From: an uncultured Candidatus Poseidoniales archaeon
GTDB lineage: Archaea > Thermoplasmatota > Poseidoniia > Poseidoniales > Poseidoniaceae
Length of the DNA: 64,000 nucleotides
Reading direction: 5' to 3'
Assembly (NCBI GenBank): GCA_964577145.1
Contig: CAZNXM010000004.1
Location: 1,747-65,746 of the forward strand
Shown: positions 19,121 through 28,916 of the stretch, one piece after another
How positions within the stretch are numbered: position 1 is the stretch's first letter
How the letters are laid out: each line of letters starts with the position of its first letter
Position numbers and translations under genes: made by a program
Notes under the pieces: generated by a model
Told to the model about the DNA's origin: nothing
The model's database searches: none
Seen by the model: only the letters and a program-made list of their open reading frames with translations

Positions 19121-19160
19121 GTCTTGAATGGCTGAAGACCATGGTTCAAAAAGGAGGCGC

Positions 19161-19175
19161 CACCCCGTAGGGGTG
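19161..19175 (+). promoter_or_regulatory. Palindrome caccccgtaggggtg in the divergent bud32/nadA intergenic region
   Basis: Perfect 6-bp stems around a gta centre. It belongs to the recurring CCCC-(R)TA-GGGG hairpin family seen elsewhere in the window. Confidence 0.3.
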
Positions 19176-19232
19176 GGTGTAACCTTGACTTTGTCATTAC
19201 CCATGTGTGCCATCGACTTTACTCAGGACGCG

Positions 19233-20315
19233 ATGGGTCCAGATGAGCAAGCGATTGCTGACCGTATTTCTGAACTCAAGGAAATACTTGGAGACGACCT
19301 CCTCATCCTTGGACATCACTATCAGCGAGACCAGATTGTCATGCATGCTGATTTACTAGGTGATTCCTTCTTATTGTCAGAACTTGCAGCCAAATCAAAA
19401 GCTCGATACATCGTTTTCTGCGGTGTGCATTTTATGGCTGAGGGTGCAGACATTCTTACCAGTGATGAGCAGAGTGTTATTCTTCCAAATATGAGAGCAG
19501 GTTGCTCAATGGCAGATATGGCGGTTCTACACGATGTGGAGAAAGCATGGGGAGAAATTCTTGAACAAACAGGCTTGTGTGATCCTGCTGAGCCAGAAAG
19601 CGGAGAGAATTTCCTCATCCCAGTAACCTACATGAATAGCGCTGCTGAACTCAAAGACTTCTGTGGCCGTCATGGAGGAATTGTCTGCACATCATCGAAT
19701 GCTAGTGGCATTCTAGATTGGGCATATGAGAGAGCAGGTCCAAATGGTGCAGTCTTATTTTTCCCAGATCAACACCTTGGAAGGAATACTGGACTATCTA
19801 TGGGCATTCCTGAATCAAGGATGGCGGTTTGGACTCCTGGAGAGGAGAATCAGATTCCCTCTGATGTGAAGATAGTCCTCTGGCATGGTTTCTGTTCAGT
19901 CCATAAGCGCTTCACCACTACACAAGTAGATGATTTTCGAAAGAGAAACCCAACCGGTGTTGTTGTAGTTCATCCCGAATGCCCAAGAGAAGTAGTAGAT
20001 GCTGCAGATGCAAATGGTAGCACTGAATTCATTCGCAGGTTCGTAGCTAAACAAGAACCGGGAACTCATATTGCAGTGGGCACTGAAATCAATATGGTTG
20101 CCCGTTTAGACAAACAGCACCCAGAATTACATGTCGAATGTCTCGAGCCCACAATATGCCCTTGTTCTACGATGTATATGATTCATCCAGCATATCTCAT
20201 GGACGTGTTAGAGAAGATTGTAGATGGGGAAATCCCCAATCAAGTCACCGTAGAAAAGAGTGTGCAAGAGGGAGCAAAGGTCGCCTTAGAACGTATGCTT
20301 TCAATCAAGCAGTGA
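19233..20315 (+). CDS. nadA: Quinolinate synthase
   Basis: NadA motifs ILGHHYQRDQI, IVFCGVHFMAEGADIL and the three-repeat architecture. Start chosen at the internal Met MGPDE; the ORF opens at 19128. Confidence 0.85.
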   Translation: MGPDEQAIADRISELKEILGDDLLILGHHYQRDQIVMHADLLGDSFLLSELAAKSKARYIVFCGVHFMAEGADILTSDEQSVILPNMRAGCSMADMAVLHDVEKAWGEILEQTGLCDPAEPESGENFLIPVTYMNSAAELKDFCGRHGGIVCTSSNASGILDWAYERAGPNGAVLFFPDQHLGRNTGLSMGIPESRMAVWTPGEENQIPSDVKIVLWHGFCSVHKRFTTTQVDDFRKRNPTGVVVVHPECPREVVDAADANGSTEFIRRFVAKQEPGTHIAVGTEINMVARLDKQHPELHVECLEPTICPCSTMYMIHPAYLMDVLEKIVDGEIPNQVTVEKSVQEGAKVALERMLSIKQ

Positions 20316-20688
20316 GTTCGTACCCCTTCCAGCCAGCAAGTGCAAGTAGTGGGCAAAGTACGATTGTTAACACAGCATAACCCACTGCATGCGAAGGAGT
20401 GGCTTCCCACAATTCAATGGTCTCTACCGAGAAGGTAGACATTGTAGTGAATGCTCCAAGTATTCCAGTGCCGAGTAGTAATGCAACATCTTTGGAAATC
20501 ATTTCACTTGCAAGTGCGGCCATACAAATTCCAAGCAATAGCGAACCTAGTGCATTCACAGTTAGTGTTCCCCATGGAGTTTCCATAGTTTGGCTAATTG
20601 CAAAGCGTAGCACAGCACCAAGAGCCCCTCCTGCGGCGACAAGAATGTAGGAATTCACAAATGGCTCTCCGTAGGCCCATCCTATCAA
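20305..20688 (-). CDS. crcB: Fluoride ion channel CrcB/Fluc
   Basis: 127 aa with four TM helices and CrcB signatures (GTLTVNALGSLLLG; GILGAFTTMSTFSVE). Confidence 0.8.
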   Translation of the reverse strand: MIGWAYGEPFVNSYILVAAGGALGAVLRFAISQTMETPWGTLTVNALGSLLLGICMAALASEMISKDVALLLGTGILGAFTTMSTFSVETIELWEATPSHAVGYAVLTIVLCPLLALAGWKGYELTA

Positions 20689-20723
20689 TCATACTCAAGA
20701 GCCCGGACCTTCAGCGGATTTCC

Positions 20724-21368
20724 ATGACCCTGTGGTTCATGACCGGAAATGCCGGTAAAGTTGCTGAAGCAGCTGAACATTTTTCACAACATGGAATCGA
20801 AGTAAAACAGTTTGAATTCGATGCGATTGAACCACAAGCAGACGATTTAGAAACTGTAGCCCTTGCTAAGATAGAGCAAGCAATACCACATCTTCCAGGC
20901 CCAGATGATATGTTATTGGTAGAGGATGCAGGCTTGTTTATCGCTCCACTCAATGGATTTCCTGGTGTATATTCTGCCAACGCACTTGAAACAATAGGCA
21001 ATCATGGTGTTCTTCGTTTGCTTGAGCATTTACAAAGTGAAGACCCAATAATGGATAGTCGTTTACGCGGTGCCGAATTTATGGCTGTAGCAGTATTGTA
21101 CTACAAAGGACAGACAATAGTAGCCGAAGGAATATGCCCTGGGCGCATTTCTCATAGCGAACAAGGAGAAAACGGCTTCGGCTTCGACCCGATTTTCATT
21201 CCATGCGATCTCGATGAATCTGGCACAGCATTAGAAAGAGGAGAAATCGGAACCGTTTCGACCCACGGAAAGGCCTTTGGTGCTATTTCTTTAGCAGAGA
21301 AGCAACTCTATTCTCATCGCCGTAGGGCCCTCGCAGGAATCCTCGCTGCACTCGACAGTCTGGAGTGA
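20724..21368 (+). CDS. Non-canonical purine NTP pyrophosphatase (Ham1/RdgB/ITPase family)
   Basis: N-terminus MTLWFMTGNAGKVAEA followed by the conserved FGFDPIF region. Start chosen at an internal Met; the ORF opens at 20598. Confidence 0.8.
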   Translation: MTLWFMTGNAGKVAEAAEHFSQHGIEVKQFEFDAIEPQADDLETVALAKIEQAIPHLPGPDDMLLVEDAGLFIAPLNGFPGVYSANALETIGNHGVLRLLEHLQSEDPIMDSRLRGAEFMAVAVLYYKGQTIVAEGICPGRISHSEQGENGFGFDPIFIPCDLDESGTALERGEIGTVSTHGKAFGAISLAEKQLYSHRRRALAGILAALDSLE

Positions 21369-21408
21369 CATTCTTGAAGAATGCCTGATTGGCTAGAGGT
21401 GGGCTCCC

Positions 21409-22293
21409 ATGAATAAAGTACGACTAATCGTCGCATTAGCCTTCGTCGGGCAATTGCTTGTCTTCCTCACAATGCAGGCTGAGTTTGATGCAAATGGGCA
21501 ATGGGGTCTAGTTGGTGGAATGGTAATCTGCGCAATTATTTGGACAATTCTTGGAGATAAGGCAGCGGCTCCTGTACCTAAGCGCATGATTACTAAATCC
21601 CAGCCCGAAGAGAAGACCACAGAAGAGGTTGATATTCCTGAACCCGTTAAGGATGAACTCGATGGTGCAACATTGAGGGAGCGAAAAATGGCGAAGGTAA
21701 AGGCAGCCGCAGAAGAGGAAACTGCAAATGAAATTACAGTTGAGTCAGATGACGACGATGGTCTTGATGAGGTCGAAGTCACTGTCGAAGAAGTCCATGT
21801 TGCAGATGAATTTGTCGTGGAGGTAAGCGCCCAATCGATTGAAGATGCGGCAATTCAGAGGCACATTGTCGATAAGCGTGACCGCCACGACCGCATTCGG
21901 GCCCGTATTGCTGAGCGACGTAGAGGTCAGATGGCAGATATTCGAGCATCTACTGCAAAAATGTGGGAGGACCATTCAAGTGGCGAAGATTTGGTCACAG
22001 TTATCCAAACCGAAGGGCATGGAAACCAGATAATAGAGGAACCTGCAGAAGCAGCACCTGGTCATGTTTACGGTGCAAGTCTAGTAAGAATTGATGAATC
22101 AAAAATCCTCAAACTTCGCGTACCTCTTGACAAGGGATTCCGACCTGTCGATGAAAGTAAGTCAAGTAATGCAATGGCATTTGCCTTGCCAGAAGGTATG
22201 CCGAGTCCAGCCGACCTTGGTCTACCATTACCTCCGCCTCCGGGTGCATCTGGAGCACTCGCAGCATTGCGGGATGAGATAGCTGATGATTGA
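21409..22293 (+). CDS. Hypothetical highly acidic protein with N-terminal membrane helices
   Basis: 294 aa. Two N-terminal TM segments, then a D/E-rich low-complexity region and a Pro-rich C-terminus. Confidence 0.45.
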   Translation: MNKVRLIVALAFVGQLLVFLTMQAEFDANGQWGLVGGMVICAIIWTILGDKAAAPVPKRMITKSQPEEKTTEEVDIPEPVKDELDGATLRERKMAKVKAAAEEETANEITVESDDDDGLDEVEVTVEEVHVADEFVVEVSAQSIEDAAIQRHIVDKRDRHDRIRARIAERRRGQMADIRASTAKMWEDHSSGEDLVTVIQTEGHGNQIIEEPAEAAPGHVYGASLVRIDESKILKLRVPLDKGFRPVDESKSSNAMAFALPEGMPSPADLGLPLPPPPGASGALAALRDEIADD

Positions 22294-23118
22294 TCAACGG
22301 TGCTTCCATTCGGGGTTTTCCCGAGAGAGGAATGCTTGAACACCGATTTCCTTGTCTTCAGTATCAAATAGATCTGCAAAAGCCTCAGCCTCAATTGCAA
22401 CACCTTCGCTAATTCCGTTCTCAAGTGCGGAACGAATTGTTTTCTTTGCCACTTTCAAGGTGCTCATACTTTTGGAAGCGATTGACTGAGCAATACCCAT
22501 TGTTCTCTTTTCGAGTTCTTCAGGAGAAACAACATGGTTGGCTAAACCGATTGCTAATGCTTCATCAGCACTGATAGTTTCGCCACTCATGACCATTTCC
22601 ATAGTTTTTCCAAGTCCTACGATATTGACTAGGCGTTGAGTTCCTCCCCCGCCAGGAATTAATCCCAATTTGATTTCAGGAGTTCCAAATACCGCTCTAG
22701 TACTTGCAATTCGAATATCACATGAGCATGCAATTTCACAACCCCCGCCAAGAGCAAATCCATCTACCATGGCGATGGTTGGCTTAGAAAGATTCCAGAT
22801 TGCATCCCAGCCATTATCTTTGAACAAAGAACGGATGTCATCACTATTCTTGCCAACGAATTCGGTAATGTCTGCACCGGCAACGAAAGCATTGGGTTTC
22901 GCTCGCTTACCCTCTGGTGGAGGATTGGGTTTTGCACCGGTAATAACGATGCAACGGATATCGTCGTTTTCTTCCGCCCAGCGACACATTTCTTTAATCT
23001 CTACCATCACTTCTTGGTTGAGTGCATTCAGTTTATCTGGACGGTTGATTGTAACCATTGCAATAGTGCCATCGCCACTTTCGCATGGCATCTCCTCGAT
23101 GAGAAGAACATCGCTCAT
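22294..23118 (-). CDS. Enoyl-CoA hydratase/isomerase (crotonase) family protein
   Basis: Crotonase signature ALGGGCEIACSCDIRIAS and the oxyanion-hole region. The ORF extends to 23163. Confidence 0.8.
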   Translation of the reverse strand: MSDVLLIEEMPCESGDGTIAMVTINRPDKLNALNQEVMVEIKEMCRWAEENDDIRCIVITGAKPNPPPEGKRAKPNAFVAGADITEFVGKNSDDIRSLFKDNGWDAIWNLSKPTIAMVDGFALGGGCEIACSCDIRIASTRAVFGTPEIKLGLIPGGGGTQRLVNIVGLGKTMEMVMSGETISADEALAIGLANHVVSPEELEKRTMGIAQSIASKSMSTLKVAKKTIRSALENGISEGVAIEAEAFADLFDTEDKEIGVQAFLSRENPEWKHR

Positions 23119-23184
23119 GTAGGTGCGAGGGGGAATGAGCAAATCAACTTTACAAGGACACATTGATGACTAAGCCATGCGCCC

Positions 23185-23973
23185 ATGCCGCTTATGTCAG
23201 ATGCTGAGGATGCACTTGTGGTTGCAAAAGACCTCGGTAAAAGGTACGGAGAATTCATTGCTTTGCATCCTTTGGATGTGAAGGTATCTTCAGGAGAATT
23301 TTTTGGCGTTTTTGGTCCAAACGGCGCTGGCAAATCGACCTTTATCAAACTTCTAACAGGGCAACTAAGACCAAGTATTGGCGGTGTAGAAGTATTGGGC
23401 ATCAATGCTGCAAGAAACCCTCAGAAATTAAAAGCCAATATTGGAATTGTGCCAGAATCAGAATCCCCTCCATCCTATCTTACCCCAACCGAATTCCTTC
23501 ATTTTGTGTGTAAATTACGTGCTGTGGAAGACCTTGAGGCTAAGGTAGAGCACTGGATGGACTGGTTTGGCCTCGATGAGAAGAAAGACACGATGTGTAA
23601 GGACCTTTCAAAGGGCCAGCGACAGAAGGTAATGCTCGCCGCAGCATTCATCCATGAACCTCGTCTATTATTCCTCGATGAACCATTCGCGAATCTCGAT
23701 CCAATCTACCAACGAAAATGCAGACAATGGCTCCTCGATCACGTAGCAAATGGTGGGACAATTTTCCTATGTTCTCATGTACTTGAAATGGCAGAAAGAA
23801 TGTGCAATAGAATGGCTATTATCAATAACGGGAAGGTTCTTGCTGCAGGAACCGTAATCGATATGAAATTGAATAGCGAAGAAACCCTCGAGGATGTATT
23901 CATCCGCTTAGTTGGACATTCGATTGAAGAAGCAGAACGCCGAAGCGATGAGGGACTAAACGAGGAGGAGTGA
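23185..23973 (+). CDS. ABC transporter ATP-binding protein
   Basis: Walker A GPNGAGKST, ABC signature LSKGQRQKV, Walker B LLFLDEPFANLD. Confidence 0.85.
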   Translation: MPLMSDAEDALVVAKDLGKRYGEFIALHPLDVKVSSGEFFGVFGPNGAGKSTFIKLLTGQLRPSIGGVEVLGINAARNPQKLKANIGIVPESESPPSYLTPTEFLHFVCKLRAVEDLEAKVEHWMDWFGLDEKKDTMCKDLSKGQRQKVMLAAAFIHEPRLLFLDEPFANLDPIYQRKCRQWLLDHVANGGTIFLCSHVLEMAERMCNRMAIINNGKVLAAGTVIDMKLNSEETLEDVFIRLVGHSIEEAERRSDEGLNEEE

Positions 23974-25673
23974 TTATGTCAATCAGCTTCTCCAGCCGTG
24001 ACTGGTCTGAGGCAGAAGCCTCGACAGTAGCGGTGACCTTCGATAGTGCAGGCGGTGGAAAACACCTCCATAATCCGCTAACGGGATGGGCTGCTTTCAG
24101 TGCTACATTCAAGGTAATGTTCATCGAAGAATATCGTGAGAATCTTGACTTTGCAAAAAAACGCCGTATCATGATGTTTCCACTCATGGTTGCATTAGTG
24201 ACGATGGTTGCGACAATTGGACTGCAATTTTTGGTAGGAGAAGGTGCTGCTCAAGACACCGAATCAATATCAAATTCCAAAGCCTTCACTTGGCAAGAGA
24301 TGCGATTTGCCCTCCATTTGCCTCTATTGATGTTCAGTCTTGGAATGGGTTCGTTCGCATTCCTTGGAAGGGAGAGAGTACTTGCACGTACCGGGACAAA
24401 GAACTACCTTCTTGCAAGTCCAGCCTTGCAACCATTAACCAACTCAACCGCACATTTCGCATATTATTGTAAGGATTTATCATATTACGTAATGCTAATT
24501 CTAACTCCAGTAATTGGTGGAATGGCAGTAGGGATTTCTCTAGAGTGGTGGACCGATGTTAGTACACCTCTTGAGTGGTCCAGTCTTCCACGCACTTGGA
24601 TTGCTATGACGGTAACTCTTGCCGAAGGATTGGCCCTATCTTTCATTGCCTCATCATTATGGCTTCTTGGAGGGTGGGTAAGTCGTATTACTCCAATAGC
24701 GATAATCGGACTTGGAACAATCGTAGGCCTTGGATATGTACCTAGACAAACTCTCTTGTGGGGTATGGCAACACAAGCACCAGGTGGTGAAATCTGGGCA
24801 ATTCCAGCAGTCGTACTTTCGCTTTGTGCAGCGTATTTTGCAGCGCAATTAGTTCGAGATGATTTTGAAGTAAAGGTCGTTGCAAAGAAAGAATTATTCA
24901 TGCCAATTTGGAACAAATTACGCTTCCTTGGAAAGGGAACAACGCGCCTTCTAGTTGCTAAGGAAGCGGTTGATTTAGTTCGTTCAGGCTCACTAAAGAA
25001 AATGACTGTGAGTTATTCAGTTCCTCTAATAGTACTCTTATTGATGGCCTGGTTGGTCGATTTTGCAGAAGCACCAATCCCAATCAATCTACTCAGTTAT
25101 GCGCCCTTCCTCGGCTTTTTCGGATTCAATTTTTACTCATGGCTTACGGCCCTTGATTCACCTGAGCACATGAATGGTCTTCCGTTATCAGTTCCACAAT
25201 TGATCAGGGCGAAAGTTGTGGTTTATTTCCTCGCAACATCATGGATTTCTATTCTCTTCGTTTGCCTCATGGCATGGAAACTCGACGAATGGGCAGTCCT
25301 TCCAATCGCACTGATAGTAATGATTGCTAACAGTATCTACATTGTTTCATTGACTGCATTCTTGATGGGACTAGCTCCCAATAAGGCGATATTTGATGCA
25401 AAAATAATGACATGGTTTTGGATTGGTACGGTCATACCTCTTCTAGCACTATTCCTTCTATCCTTCACTCAAGGTGATGTTTCATTCTATGAGAATTGGA
25501 TGAGTGCGGTACAAGACGGTGGATTGGATGCGGAAGCGGTTGAATTTACTAGCGAAAAGATGGAATCAGGATTCAAGGGTATTCTTGGCGTCAGCGTAGG
25601 ACTGGTGGCGGCTTCAATTCTATTGATGAAACTACTCGACCGCAAATGGGGAAGGGCAGAATTCAACAACTGA
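23970..25673 (+). CDS. Large polytopic membrane protein, probable ABC-2-type permease partner
   Basis: 567 aa with at least 10 hydrophobic helices. It overlaps the ABC ATPase stop by 4 nt. Confidence 0.5.
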   Translation: MIMSISFSSRDWSEAEASTVAVTFDSAGGGKHLHNPLTGWAAFSATFKVMFIEEYRENLDFAKKRRIMMFPLMVALVTMVATIGLQFLVGEGAAQDTESISNSKAFTWQEMRFALHLPLLMFSLGMGSFAFLGRERVLARTGTKNYLLASPALQPLTNSTAHFAYYCKDLSYYVMLILTPVIGGMAVGISLEWWTDVSTPLEWSSLPRTWIAMTVTLAEGLALSFIASSLWLLGGWVSRITPIAIIGLGTIVGLGYVPRQTLLWGMATQAPGGEIWAIPAVVLSLCAAYFAAQLVRDDFEVKVVAKKELFMPIWNKLRFLGKGTTRLLVAKEAVDLVRSGSLKKMTVSYSVPLIVLLLMAWLVDFAEAPIPINLLSYAPFLGFFGFNFYSWLTALDSPEHMNGLPLSVPQLIRAKVVVYFLATSWISILFVCLMAWKLDEWAVLPIALIVMIANSIYIVSLTAFLMGLAPNKAIFDAKIMTWFWIGTVIPLLALFLLSFTQGDVSFYENWMSAVQDGGLDAEAVEFTSEKMESGFKGILGVSVGLVAASILLMKLLDRKWGRAEFNN

Positions 25674-25691
25674 ACCCAACAGCCGAGTAGC

Positions 25692-26237
25692 ATGGGGCTG
25701 GTAATCGCAGTTTGCGGAATGCCAGCAAGTGGCAAAGGAGAGTTTGCTTCCATACTTGCTTCCAAAGGGATACCTGTTCGCTCCATGGGTGATATGGTGA
25801 GGGCCGAAGTTGCCTCACTTGGAATCGAGGAAGGGCCAAATGTGTTTGGCGAAATAGCAACTGCTCTGCGTGCAGAGCACGGTGATGACATACTTGCAGT
25901 TCGTTTGACTTCAGCCGTTGATTCATTATTGGAGGATCATCCTATCGTACTAATCGAAGGAATGAGAGGTACTGCAGAGAAAGCAGTATTCGTTGAACAT
26001 TGGGGGTCTTCATTCATTTCAGTGGCGATAACCGCGGATACCGAAACAAGATTTCAAAGAGTAATTTCCCGCGGTCGTTCTGAAGATGGAGACAGGTCAA
26101 CTTTCCAACTTAGAGATGAGAGAGAAAATGGATGGGGTTTGGAACAAATAATTTCTGAAGCGGAATTCACATTCCAAAATAACCGAGATGTAGCCGAACT
26201 CACACTTCTTGCTTCGGATTGGCTAACATCCCTGTGA
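25692..26237 (+). CDS. P-loop nucleotide kinase-like protein (adenylate/dephospho-CoA kinase fold; resembles archaeal UPF0200 family)
   Basis: N-terminal P-loop VIAVCGMPASGKGEF and a kinase-like ~180 aa length. Confidence 0.5.
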   Translation: MGLVIAVCGMPASGKGEFASILASKGIPVRSMGDMVRAEVASLGIEEGPNVFGEIATALRAEHGDDILAVRLTSAVDSLLEDHPIVLIEGMRGTAEKAVFVEHWGSSFISVAITADTETRFQRVISRGRSEDGDRSTFQLRDERENGWGLEQIISEAEFTFQNNRDVAELTLLASDWLTSL

Positions 26238-26260
26238 GTGGGCCCGTAGGGCCCCTCACA
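26233..26260 (+). terminator. GC-rich hairpin overlapping the stop codon (tgtgagtgggccc-gta-gggcccctcaca)
   Basis: ~12-bp stem with one bulge around a gta centre. The TGA stop of the upstream gene lies within the 5' arm. Confidence 0.45.
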
Positions 26261-26315
26261 CATAGACAAGGTCATAACCGGCGATTGACCGTGAAGAGGA
26301 TGCTACGGGGGTGTC

Positions 26316-27845
26316 GTGTACATGGCGAGAAAGGGAGGAGGAGGCCAGAAGCGCCAACGAGGCCAGCAACGAGCGCAATATGATGAGCTAGACAAATACC
26401 CTGTCATGCCCCCTCATGCCTTTGCGCGAATCGTTCGTGACAAGCGCTCTCTAAACATCGTATACCAAATTATTGAACCCCCCCTCAATAAGAAAGAAAT
26501 GGAGTGGCGAGATGAATTACTAGATATTTTCATCCGTTCACTAACCGCAAATATCGAGGAGATAGATGCCGACCCCATCGCCTACCTTAGAACAGCAATG
26601 GACAAGGTCATCAAAGCCTATGGTATGAAGATAAATAAGAAATCCAAGTCCAAACTATTCTATTATCTTAGAAGAGACATGGTAGGCTATGGAAAGATGG
26701 ACGTTCTGATGAACGATGCTAACGTTGAAGACGTATCGTGCGATGGAACGGGAGTACCGATTTTCGCTTATCATAGGAAATTTGAGTCTGTTGAAACTAC
26801 ATGTTCTTGGGATACTGATGAAGAACTCGAAAGTTACGTGATTAAATTGGCGCAGCGGTGTGGTAAACACATTTCAGTTGCAGACCCTCTGCTCGATGCT
26901 ACATTGATGGATGGTTCGCGAATTGTCATGAAGCTCGGCCGAGAGGTTTCTACTAGAGGTTCAGCATTTTGTATTCGACGATTCAAGGACGATCCGTTCT
27001 CACCTTGTGATATTATTGCATTCCGAACCCTTTCTTCTTTGATGGGCGCATACCTGTGGATTTCATTCCAGAATGAAGTTCCAATGCTATTCGTAGGCGG
27101 TACTGCATCAGGTAAGACTACCACGCTTAACGCAATGTGTATTTTCATACCTTGGCAGATGAAGATTGTTAGTATCGAGTCAACTCGTGAAGTAAACATT
27201 CCACAACCAAACTGGGTCCCAGGACTAACCCGGCAAGGATTCGGTGGAGAATCATCTGAGGGTGAAATCGGTGAGTTCGAACTTCTAAAGGCAGCTCTTC
27301 GTGAGCGACCTGAGTACATTATCGTGGGAGAGATTCGTGGTGCAGAAGCATATGTTCTATTCCAAGCAATGGCAACAGGTCACTGTGCTTATTCGACAGT
27401 TCACGCCGACTCAGTACCTTCTCTAGTCCACCGCCTAGAGAACAAACCGATTGATATCCCACGTGTTCTTCTTCCTGCACTGGAAGCCTGTGTGATTCAA
27501 ATTCAGACCAGAATTAATGGACGACGTGTTCGACGTTCAAAGCAAATTGTCGAAATTGTAGGTATAGATCCAAACTCAATGGAAGTCATTACGAACGAAG
27601 TTTTCCGATGGAATGTTGCAAATGATGATTTCATATTCTCTGGAAAGTCATATGTTTTGGAGAAGATTATGGTTAAGATCAATTATAGTCAAGAGGACAT
27701 GAGAAGGGAACTTAGAACCCGTAAGCGTATTCTCGAATGGATGGTGCTCAATGACATTCGCAAGGCCGATCAGGTCAGCCAAATTATCACAGAGTACTAT
27801 GTTAGGCCACACGAGATTCTCGCAAGAGTTGATGGAATGCGCTGA
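26316..27845 (+). CDS. FlaI/ArlI-like type IV filament assembly ATPase (archaeal secretion ATPase superfamily)
   Basis: Walker A VGGTASGKTTTLNAMCIF, Walker B/Asp box region, FlaI-like N-terminal domain (IVYQIIEPPL). Length 509 aa. Confidence 0.85.
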   Translation: MYMARKGGGGQKRQRGQQRAQYDELDKYPVMPPHAFARIVRDKRSLNIVYQIIEPPLNKKEMEWRDELLDIFIRSLTANIEEIDADPIAYLRTAMDKVIKAYGMKINKKSKSKLFYYLRRDMVGYGKMDVLMNDANVEDVSCDGTGVPIFAYHRKFESVETTCSWDTDEELESYVIKLAQRCGKHISVADPLLDATLMDGSRIVMKLGREVSTRGSAFCIRRFKDDPFSPCDIIAFRTLSSLMGAYLWISFQNEVPMLFVGGTASGKTTTLNAMCIFIPWQMKIVSIESTREVNIPQPNWVPGLTRQGFGGESSEGEIGEFELLKAALRERPEYIIVGEIRGAEAYVLFQAMATGHCAYSTVHADSVPSLVHRLENKPIDIPRVLLPALEACVIQIQTRINGRRVRRSKQIVEIVGIDPNSMEVITNEVFRWNVANDDFIFSGKSYVLEKIMVKINYSQEDMRRELRTRKRILEWMVLNDIRKADQVSQIITEYYVRPHEILARVDGMR

Positions 27846-27884
27846 AAATGAGTTCTAGATTTGATGTTTGGGAAGGGATAATGG

Positions 27885-28904
27885 ATGGAGTTAACCGCTT
27901 GGCAGAAAATTTGTCACCGCTTATTAGGTGGCCTTTTCAAGAAGCGAGCTCGTGAAGACACAGAACTTGGTGACAACCTAGTAAAGGGGAATATGCCAAT
28001 AATGCCAGAGGTATTTTTGGCTCAAAATTTCATGGTCACTATTCTAGTACTGATTTTTTGTATCCTAATCAATTTAGCATTCTTTTTCCCCGTTATCGGA
28101 TTCATAGATTATTATGAGTCATTACCTGACGAATCCACGGCAGAAGCCTGTTTCGTTTGGGAATATTGGAATGAGGACTTAGTTGATACCACATTACCTG
28201 CAAATGGATGTCCATACTTTGCCTACCTTGAATTTCCTGATTGGGTAGAAACACTGATTCCGATAATTTTCGGTCCGGTTATTCCATATTTTGTTTTCAA
28301 ATATTTGAAGAAAGGGGCTTCAAGGTCAGCACATGCAAGAGGGGTAGCTCTTGAGAAATACTTGCCTTATGCAGCATCATATACTGCAGCGATGGCTGCT
28401 GCAAATGCAACCCCGCACAAGATTTTCAGGTCACTAGCAATGAATGGAGATATCTATGGCGAGATTGCTTATGATTCAGCTATGATTTATCGCGACGTGA
28501 GCCTACTAGGATTTGATTTGCTTACTGCGATGAAAATGTCGGTTGACCGTGCAGCATCCCCTTGGATGACAGAATTCTTCCAGGGTATGGTTGGAACGCT
28601 AACAGCCGGAGGCTCGCTAAAGTTGTATTTCCTAAATCGTGCTGAGCACTATATGCGTGAGAACCGAACCAGATTGCATGAATTCTTAGAATCTTTAGCA
28701 ATGTTGGCTGAATCTTATGTTGTGGTTGCAGTTGCAATGCCTCTTTTCCTAATTGTCATGCTCGTGATTATGTTCTGGGTTAGCGGTGCTGGAGCACAAA
28801 TGAGTGAGGGTACATTGTATCTGGTTGTGATGTTGGTATTACCATTAATCCACGTGATGTTTGCATTCTTAGTATGGTCGTCCAGTGAAGAACAAAAAAT
28901 GTGA
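27885..28904 (+). CDS. FlaJ/ArlJ-like (TadB/C, T2SSF-domain) membrane platform protein, N-terminal half
   Basis: One T2SSF-like cytoplasmic domain (LPYAASYTAAMAAANATP...LLGFDLLTAMKMSVDRAASPW...LKLYFLNRAEHYMRE) flanked by TM helices. Confidence 0.65.
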   Translation: MELTAWQKICHRLLGGLFKKRAREDTELGDNLVKGNMPIMPEVFLAQNFMVTILVLIFCILINLAFFFPVIGFIDYYESLPDESTAEACFVWEYWNEDLVDTTLPANGCPYFAYLEFPDWVETLIPIIFGPVIPYFVFKYLKKGASRSAHARGVALEKYLPYAASYTAAMAAANATPHKIFRSLAMNGDIYGEIAYDSAMIYRDVSLLGFDLLTAMKMSVDRAASPWMTEFFQGMVGTLTAGGSLKLYFLNRAEHYMRENRTRLHEFLESLAMLAESYVVVAVAMPLFLIVMLVIMFWVSGAGAQMSEGTLYLVVMLVLPLIHVMFAFLVWSSSEEQKM

Positions 28905-28916
28905 GGAGGTGAGGAT

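Noticed and set aside
19128-19232. Long N-terminal extensions of NadA (from 19128), Ham1 (from 20598), ThiI-like (from 60731), MoaC (to 40774) and LMW-PTP (to 14672) as given by the ORF track
   Set aside because: The extensions overlap neighbouring genes or divergent promoter regions and lack homology. Internal Met/GTG starts that begin at the conserved N-terminal motifs were preferred.
25692-26237. Considered whether the 181 aa P-loop protein just upstream of the FlaI-like ATPase is FlaH (KaiC-like archaellum component)
   Set aside because: Its P-loop (GMPASGKGEF) and length match small nucleotide kinases (adenylate/dephospho-CoA kinase-like, UPF0200) rather than the RecA/KaiC-like FlaH with GPPGxGKT and ~230 aa.
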